Of a stretch of DNA of 63,750 nt, positions 63,559-63,750 are shown in pieces. The position numbers and the translations under genes were made by a program. Under the pieces are notes generated by a model that was given only the letters and a program-made list of their open reading frames with translations, was not told where the DNA came from and searched no databases. Within the stretch, counting starts at the first letter, position 1. Every line of letters starts with the position of its first letter. The stretch covers positions 42,844,251-42,908,000 of the forward strand of contig CM052829.1 in NCBI GenBank assembly GCA_028534125.1, given 5' to 3'. The DNA is from Lama glama (taxonomy: Eukaryota).

Positions 63559-63750
63559 AACCTACGAAGTGGAGATTTACATCGTATCCCATGGATGAAT
63601 GGTGGAAGATACAGCTTGGTACAAAGGAAGATAAACTATGATTTGACAAATCAAGTTCTTAAGAAATGCAAGGACTTCAGATTTATTTTAAATAAGAATT
63701 TTCAATTTTTCTTTTCTTTTCCAGTCCCTTTTTAAGAGTTTGGGTATTCT
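63559..63750 (+). other. OSTM1: Start of OSTM1 3' UTR (continues beyond the window)
   Basis: Directly follows the stop codon. No AATAAA/ATTAAA seen before the window ends. Confidence 0.85.

Overview
Mammalian genomic DNA, most likely a camelid (inferred from the tRNA-derived SINEs and a young L1 3' end repeated several times). The only protein-coding gene I can support is OSTM1 (osteopetrosis-associated transmembrane protein 1, the beta-subunit of the lysosomal ClC-7 exchanger) on the + strand. Its CDS is complete: join(33317..33724, 41196..41310, 52527..52624, 57868..58035, 60101..60266, 63503..63558), 1011 nt, 336 aa, all introns GT-AG. It starts from a TATA-less CpG-island promoter at about 32.9-33.3 kb. 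The 33 kb upstream and the introns are mostly transposable elements (L1, L2, MIR, SINEs, MaLR/ERVL/ERV1 LTRs, hAT DNA elements), and there is one 500-N assembly gap. I do not see a new gene system. The most notable observations are structural: a twin-primed L1 with a short 3' transduction, an L1 lacking ORF1, a multiply rearranged L1 insert, L1 target sites hit twice, a young intronic L1 whose gap looks undersized, and a local 103-bp duplication near the promoter. Candidate regulatory signals are CLEAR/M-box-like motifs, a CU/UG tract next to a cryptic acceptor and a sense-strand LTR poly(A) signal. Repeat family names are from recognition by eye and need RepeatMasker/Dfam confirmation.
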